64,000 nucleotides of DNA from Planctomycetota bacterium (lineage in GTDB: Bacteria > Planctomycetota > UBA8108 > SXIK01): positions 1,824,001 to 1,888,000 of the forward strand of contig OZ244999.1 in the NCBI GenBank assembly GCA_965223265.1, given 5' to 3'. The position numbers and the translations under genes were made by a program. Shown here piece by piece: positions 58,556-64,000 of this stretch (the first letter of the stretch is position 1; the number at the start of each line of letters is the position of its first letter). The notes under the pieces are model-generated. The model searched no databases and was not told the DNA's origin. It worked only from the letters and a program-made list of their open reading frames with translations.

Positions 58556-60826
58556 ATGCGATTCATTCGGAACGTCGTTCTTAGTCTTGTGTGTTTCGGC
58601 GCCGCACCGGCGGTGTTGGCGGATTTTGTTCGTGGTGACGCCAACCGCGATGGGGTGGTCAACGTGTCTGATGCGGTCACGCAACTGCTTGCACTCTTTC
58701 GCCGCGACGTGTCGCTGACCTGCGCCGACGCCGCCGACGCCAACGACGACGGAGTGTTCGATCTCGCTGACGCCCAGACGACACTCCTTTTTCTCTTCTC
58801 CGGCCGGGGCGAGATCCCGTACCCGGGTGCGGTGCGACCAGGTCCTGATTTGTCTTGCGATCAGCTCGATTGCAGCGATGCGCGAGTCACCACTCCGGCC
58901 ATCGTGATCAGTGAGATCAACTACGCTCCGCGGGGAAGTGATCGCCGGCGAGAGTTCGTCGAGCTCTACAACCGCACGGAGATCGATATTGACGTGGGAG
59001 GCTACTCGTTTTCGCGTGGCATCGACTTGAAGTTTCCCGCTGACACCGTCGTGCCAGCGCAGTCGTTTCTTGTCGTTTTGGCGTTCCCGGATGCCTTTCG
59101 GTGGCCGAGTCTTGATGCGATGAAGATCGGTCCCTACGCGGGGACACTCGCCGATGGCGGCGAACGATTGACTTTGATGGACGGTGACTGCTTGGTTGAA
59201 ACGGTACGCTACGACGATCGACCGCCATGGCCGATTGGTGCCGACGGCTACGGCCCGTCGCTCGAGCGCATCGACTACACTGCGCCGGCAGATGATTTTC
59301 ACTCATGGCGCACGTCATTTCGGCAGACCGGTCCCGCACTCGGGGGTACGCCCGGGCTGCCCAACACGACTCTGGGAACGCCCACCCATCCGACGATCGT
59401 GTCTGCTTCTCTCGAGCCGGATCAGCCACGCTCGAGCGATTCTGTCTTCGTCACAGTTGAGCTCGATGCGGCGCCGGAGACTCTGCGCATGGCCAGCCTG
59501 CGGTGGGAGGTTGCAACGGACGAGTTGAGTGCAGTGCAAAGTACCGTCATGCAACCGCTCGTGGGTGCGTCGACGAACTCGGAAACGACAACGCTCACAG
59601 CCACTCTCCCGCCTGTCCCTTCGCAGAGGATGGTACGTTTTCACCTCGTCGTCGAAATGACCAGCGGCGAAACGATTACCCTGCCGCACCCGGCGGATCA
59701 AGGACCGTTCATCAGCTATTTTGTCTACGACGATGAGGTCTCTTCGGAGTTGCCCATCCTCTGGCTTTTTCCGCGGCTTGAGACCGGACTGATCGACGAG
59801 ATAAGACTTGGGGTGAGTGGTGCAGCCGCGAAGGAGCTCGACGATGGATTCCCTCAAGTCTTCGATGGTGCCAATGTGCGCCGAAGAATGTCGACTCTAA
59901 ACCAGAACAACGGCCACAACGTCACCTTTCTCAAAAACTCGGAGTTTCGAGGCGATCGCACGATCAACCTGATTCCTTCGCAAGGGGGACTGTCCGGACC
60001 CGTTGAAGCACATGCCGAGGAGCTTGCTCTCGCGACGTTTCACGATCTCGGCGCGCTCGCGCCATGGTCCGAGTGGTTTCGGGTGATCGATTACACAGCG
60101 GCGGATGCGAGCGAGCGTCACGTGCAGCGCATCGTGATTGAACAAGTCAACAGGCGATTCTTGGCGCTGAATGGCCTTGACGATGGAGGAGATCTCTTCA
60201 AGCTCGATCGTACCGCGTTTCAGAAGCGTACAAATCCGCACACCGGCGACACAGCGCTCAACGACTTTATCCGCGAATTGACGGTGGACGATGCCGAGCA
60301 GGTGCGCGCCGCGGTTTTAAGGGGGATCGACGTCGAAAACGTGTGCCTCTATTCGACGGCAGTTGTCCTCCTGGGGCATTGGGACACATACACGAACAAC
60401 ATGTTTGTGTACAACGACCTCACCGATGGCGCGCGCTGGAAGGTCATTCCGTGGGACCTCGATCACACATTTCGTTGCGTCGAGCTGCCGGTTACATATC
60501 CCATCGAATTTACAGGCCCGTGCGTTGGGAGAGACTCGCCCACACCCCTCGTGCGCGCCCATCACCTACAACCAGACTTCGATCGAGCCTTTAGGGATCT
60601 TCTTCGGCACCACATTTCGCCAGGTGGGGAGTTTTCGATGGCGGTGATGGAGACGAAGATCGCAAGCCGCCAAACACTCCTCCTCCGCGACCTTGAGCTT
60701 TTGGAGGGCTTCAGAGGTCGTGAGCTTTCCGAACGGCGTGAGGCGATCGTGAGTTCTTCGGATTTTTTGCGAAACTTCGTGACGGCGCGGATCGCTTTTC
60801 TGCTGGCCGAGCTTGACGGCGAGTGA
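58556..60826 (+). CDS. Secreted dockerin + lamin-tail domain + CotH kinase family protein
   Basis: FVRGDANRDGVVNVSDA; VISEINYAP, EFVELYN, WPIGADGYGPSLE; E.LA, WDTYTNN, W.VIPWDLDHTF. Confidence 0.88.
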   Translation: MRFIRNVVLSLVCFGAAPAVLADFVRGDANRDGVVNVSDAVTQLLALFRRDVSLTCADAADANDDGVFDLADAQTTLLFLFSGRGEIPYPGAVRPGPDLSCDQLDCSDARVTTPAIVISEINYAPRGSDRRREFVELYNRTEIDIDVGGYSFSRGIDLKFPADTVVPAQSFLVVLAFPDAFRWPSLDAMKIGPYAGTLADGGERLTLMDGDCLVETVRYDDRPPWPIGADGYGPSLERIDYTAPADDFHSWRTSFRQTGPALGGTPGLPNTTLGTPTHPTIVSASLEPDQPRSSDSVFVTVELDAAPETLRMASLRWEVATDELSAVQSTVMQPLVGASTNSETTTLTATLPPVPSQRMVRFHLVVEMTSGETITLPHPADQGPFISYFVYDDEVSSELPILWLFPRLETGLIDEIRLGVSGAAAKELDDGFPQVFDGANVRRRMSTLNQNNGHNVTFLKNSEFRGDRTINLIPSQGGLSGPVEAHAEELALATFHDLGALAPWSEWFRVIDYTAADASERHVQRIVIEQVNRRFLALNGLDDGGDLFKLDRTAFQKRTNPHTGDTALNDFIRELTVDDAEQVRAAVLRGIDVENVCLYSTAVVLLGHWDTYTNNMFVYNDLTDGARWKVIPWDLDHTFRCVELPVTYPIEFTGPCVGRDSPTPLVRAHHLQPDFDRAFRDLLRHHISPGGEFSMAVMETKIASRQTLLLRDLELLEGFRGRELSERREAIVSSSDFLRNFVTARIAFLLAELDGE

Positions 60827-60855
60827 TTCGGCGGTAGCCGAGGCAGGAGTGAGAT

Positions 60856-62166
60856 CTATCCATCGATGGCGAATTCCGCCAAATAGATGGCTGTCATCAC
60901 GCGACCGTCTGCACCGCGCTCGTGGCTTGAGTAGTACGAGATCAACGCTTGGCCCGGACTAGTCCGAACGAAACCGGGATATGAGTTGTCGCCGCCGCTC
61001 GGGAGCTCCGCGAACTCGACCAAGCGATCGTTCTGCAGCCAATAGAATGAGGTCACCGGGTCGCCGGACACGATCTTTCGTCCGCCGACGACATAATGTT
61101 CACCCCACTTCACGAGCAGTGGGCCGCCGATGTAGCGGTCAAGATCGGTTCGCTCAAACACCGTGTACGGCGGCCGTGCACGCACGACTTGAGCGTTACG
61201 CCGGCCACCGCTGCGTGAAACCGCGAGGAGGGCGTCGTTGGATTCGAAGACGAATGCTGTCTCATCGCCGAACGCTGTCTGAAACAGCCCGACCTTGCGC
61301 CAGACGATGCCGTCGTCGCTTTCGAGGAGTGCAGACTCGACGAGCGGATCCCGCTCCGCTCGCGTCGACGTCGCAGCGAAGTGTCGTTTTCTTCGGCCAC
61401 ATAGGTAAGCTTTGCCACCATGCGCGGCCGCACGCCAAATGTAGTGGCCGTACGTTCCCTCGAGGAGGACTGGGCTCTCCCAGCGTTCACCATCCGAGGT
61501 TCGTGCCGCGTACCCGAGGTGCTGATTCATGTCGTATCGCGCGGGCGACTCCGAGCCGCAGTACCATGTTCCCGTGTAGACAAAAAGCTCGGCGCGAAAG
61601 ATCAGAAAATGCGGATCGCGTGTGTCACGCCGGGGCACTCGAAAACGATGTACCTGCCGCCAGTTTCTGGTGTCGCCGCTTGTCAAAACGATGATCGACG
61701 ACGTCGGGTGGACGCCATGGCCGTCGGGGCAGCTGCGGAACGTCAAGTAATAGCGATTTCGAAATCGGCAGAGGTCGGTGAATGCGTTGTGTTCACCATT
61801 GTGAAACGCTTGTCGGAGGTTCCGTACCTTGACGGCGGGCAGATTCGCGGCCTGCGTCGGGCTCCCGAGTGCGGGACATGAAAGGAGCAAGGCCACAACG
61901 CCTACATTGAGTGACGGCAAGAAACGTCGTCGGATCAGCAGGTCGCACGCCGTCTGTGACGCTTGAATCGCGTCGGCAATGCTCGCCTGTGGTCGTGAAG
62001 CACGCTCCGCCTGCAGATGGGTTCGCAAAACGCCGCTATTGGCGCCTTCTTGCCGGGTCTCGCTCGTCAGCTGTTGTCGGCGCTGGGGCGGAAGAACGTC
62101 CGACAGGCTTCTACTTGTCGATCGTCCGCGGGACTGTCGGCTCTCGGCTTGCATGGTGTCGCGCAT
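60856..62166 (-). CDS. Sialidase-like beta-propeller protein (start uncertain, probably further downstream)
   Basis: HNAFTDLCRF, DTRDPH, SDDGIVW, LPSGGDNSYPG, ISYYSSH. Confidence 0.78.
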   Translation of the reverse strand: MRDTMQAESRQSRGRSTSRSLSDVLPPQRRQQLTSETRQEGANSGVLRTHLQAERASRPQASIADAIQASQTACDLLIRRRFLPSLNVGVVALLLSCPALGSPTQAANLPAVKVRNLRQAFHNGEHNAFTDLCRFRNRYYLTFRSCPDGHGVHPTSSIIVLTSGDTRNWRQVHRFRVPRRDTRDPHFLIFRAELFVYTGTWYCGSESPARYDMNQHLGYAARTSDGERWESPVLLEGTYGHYIWRAAAHGGKAYLCGRRKRHFAATSTRAERDPLVESALLESDDGIVWRKVGLFQTAFGDETAFVFESNDALLAVSRSGGRRNAQVVRARPPYTVFERTDLDRYIGGPLLVKWGEHYVVGGRKIVSGDPVTSFYWLQNDRLVEFAELPSGGDNSYPGFVRTSPGQALISYYSSHERGADGRVMTAIYLAEFAIDG

Positions 62167-62178
62167 CGTTCACCTCCG

Positions 62179-62265
62179 ATCCGAGCCCTCTTCCATTCGG
62201 CAAGGCTCGCCGCGGCTGAGCTGGACGTGAGGTGCCCGGATTCTCAGCCGAACAACTTTTTCAAC
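62179..62265 (-). mobile_element. Degenerate half copy of the MITE (long variant)
   Basis: Reverse complement gttgaaaaagttgttcggctgagaa...gaagagggctcgga aligns by eye with the copy at 43938. Confidence 0.65.
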
Positions 62266-62374
62266 CGAACCGAAAAAGCGGTGTGTGTCGTTGATTCGCC
62301 AGACAGTATAGCATGTGTCTACAGTGCTGTGTGTCATGCCGCGTCAACCAATCGAGCGAATCGGAGAAATCGCT

Positions 62375-64000
62375 ATGTTCGCCTTGAGTCGAGTGCATCG
62401 TCACATCATCAGCATCTCGTTAGTCGCGGCCTGTATGGTGTGGAATGTCACGAGTGTAGCTGCGCAGGAGAAACTTGCTGATCCTCTCACGCCGCTTTTT
62501 GAACCGGCGATTCGTCCAGCGATCAACGTTCTTCTCGAAGACTCTTACACCCGTCGCACGTATCCAAGAACCAAGTTTCCGCTTCGTGCGTCGCAGTTCG
62601 CGCAGTTTAGACGCCAGGTCATTGGTCGTTTAGAAGAATCTCTAGATCTCGGAGATTGGACCGTGCGCCATCCGGACGGTAAGAAGAACGCGCTCGCTGG
62701 AAAATTTCGCGATCAGGTTCTAGCTGCGATCACGCACGACGGAATTCGCATGGAGGTTCACGCGGTCGAGCTCGTGGATACTGGTCTTGTCGTGCCGATG
62801 GTGATTTGCCTCCCTGACGGCGAAGGCGTGCACCCCGGAGTTTGTGTCTTCTCCGGGCATACACGCCACGGCCTTCGCGAACTCGTTCTCGACCTGAACA
62901 GCTATCAACGAGGGCTCGCTACACGCTTGGCGAAAGCGGGATTCGTCGCCATCGCTGTCGAAAAGATCGACAGCGGGTATCTTTCTCGAGACGGAGTCGC
63001 GGGGTCGGATGAGGAAGCTCTCGCTTCCCTGCTTCTCGGCACGGCGAGACCAACGCGAGCGCATCAGCTCATGGCTTGTGTCGCCGCGAGCGAGATTCTC
63101 GCTATGCATCCACGCGTGCGAGAAGATCGGATTGGTGCGGCGGGCGTCTCTTTGGGTGGCTGGCTCAGCATCCAGACCGCGCTCTTGACGCAGCGCATTC
63201 GCGCCGTTGCAGACTTCGGTGTGAAGACTCGGCTCCTACCTGATCCTTCGACAGAGGATTTCAAAGGTGTCGGTGATATCTGCCACGTGCTGCCTGGCTT
63301 GTTCGCTCTTGGTGACCGCGATCTCCTACCTCTAGCTTATGCACCGCGTCCGCTGCTAGCCGGGCATGGTCGCCTTGACGTCGGGTCGGAACGGGATGGA
63401 CCGCGATACTTTCGTGAGGTGTTGCGATCCCAGTATGAGGCTCTTGGGCGAGCCCATCTTTTCGAATACGCGGTACATGAACGCGGCGACGTGATGCCTG
63501 TAGAGCTCGTCGTCGATTATCTAAGGCGGCGTCTCGTGAACGATGTGGAGAGTGTCTCCGAGTCCGTCGGGCATCTTCAGGGAGAGATGTCCGGTGAGGT
63601 TTCTGCAACCAGTGTTATTTTGCAGTCGCGTTTGACGACTCAAGCAGTTTCAGCTACTGGCGACGCGCCCGGAGTTTCTGGTGCGGCGCGTTTCGAGTAT
63701 GCGACCAATCCCGACTTCAGCGCATCGTTCTTCACCGACTGGCTGCAGGCGACGGCCCAGGGTGATGGAGTCGTCAAAACCAAGGTGCACGGGCTCGAGC
63801 CGGGGAGCCGCTACTACTACCGTCTTCACTACGGCCTCGACAAGCAGCAGACAGAAGCCGGACCGACTCGATCATTTCGCACCCACTTTCCCGCGAAAAC
63901 TGTCGCAAGCCACAGCTTTGTCGTCGTCACGGGAATGAACTACCACTACTTTCACTTTGGTCTAGGGAAACGACGTCCGTACTCTGGGCCCGACCGAGAC
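62375..64000 (+). CDS. Alpha/beta hydrolase fused to alkaline phosphatase D (PhoD)-like domain, 3'-partial; missing from the ORF track
   Basis: GGAG then ATG 62375, open to the window end; signal peptide; IGAAGVSLGG nucleophile elbow, APRPLL; then QGEMSGEVSATSVILQSRL, GLEPGSRYYYR, FVVVTGMNY. Confidence 0.85.
   Translation, partial: MFALSRVHRHIISISLVAACMVWNVTSVAAQEKLADPLTPLFEPAIRPAINVLLEDSYTRRTYPRTKFPLRASQFAQFRRQVIGRLEESLDLGDWTVRHPDGKKNALAGKFRDQVLAAITHDGIRMEVHAVELVDTGLVVPMVICLPDGEGVHPGVCVFSGHTRHGLRELVLDLNSYQRGLATRLAKAGFVAIAVEKIDSGYLSRDGVAGSDEEALASLLLGTARPTRAHQLMACVAASEILAMHPRVREDRIGAAGVSLGGWLSIQTALLTQRIRAVADFGVKTRLLPDPSTEDFKGVGDICHVLPGLFALGDRDLLPLAYAPRPLLAGHGRLDVGSERDGPRYFREVLRSQYEALGRAHLFEYAVHERGDVMPVELVVDYLRRRLVNDVESVSESVGHLQGEMSGEVSATSVILQSRLTTQAVSATGDAPGVSGAARFEYATNPDFSASFFTDWLQATAQGDGVVKTKVHGLEPGSRYYYRLHYGLDKQQTEAGPTRSFRTHFPAKTVASHSFVVVTGMNYHYFHFGLGKRRPYSGPDRD

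Overview
GC-rich bacterial genomic window, most likely from a Planctomycetota lineage (DUF1592/DUF1552 pair, PVC-type CxxCH dehydrogenase, many PQQ/FG-GAP propeller proteins, planctomycete-type dockerin domains). About 43 protein-coding genes are recognisable; no rRNA, tRNA, CRISPR array or transposase is visible. Contents: three large secreted dockerin-bearing enzymes (FG-GAP + water-dikinase-like module; FG-GAP + DD-carboxypeptidase; lamin-tail + CotH kinase), an ArsR-controlled persulfide/cysteine oxidation operon with two palindromic operators, a two-gene DUF6036 nucleotidyltransferase (TA-like) module, an sxtIJK-like carbamoyltransferase cluster, a Na/Pi cotransporter with a Pho-box-like repeat, a radical SAM/oxidoreductase/CPBP cluster, a PEP-CTERM protein, an RRM + desaturase pair, and a hydrolase-PhoD fusion running off the right end that the ORF track omits. 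A ~160-bp MITE family is present in four copies, and hexamer microsatellites lie at ~16.7-17.0 kb. The two most notable observations are (i) an orphan, highly structured + strand element at ~32.19-32.41 kb with a 15-nt near-perfect complement of the 16S rRNA 3' end, a 14-codon sORF, a switchable anti-SD and its own terminator; and (ii) a secreted dikinase-like protein with the His-domain-before-ATP-grasp order of glucan,water dikinases. All family calls come from motif recognition by eye, not from database searches.
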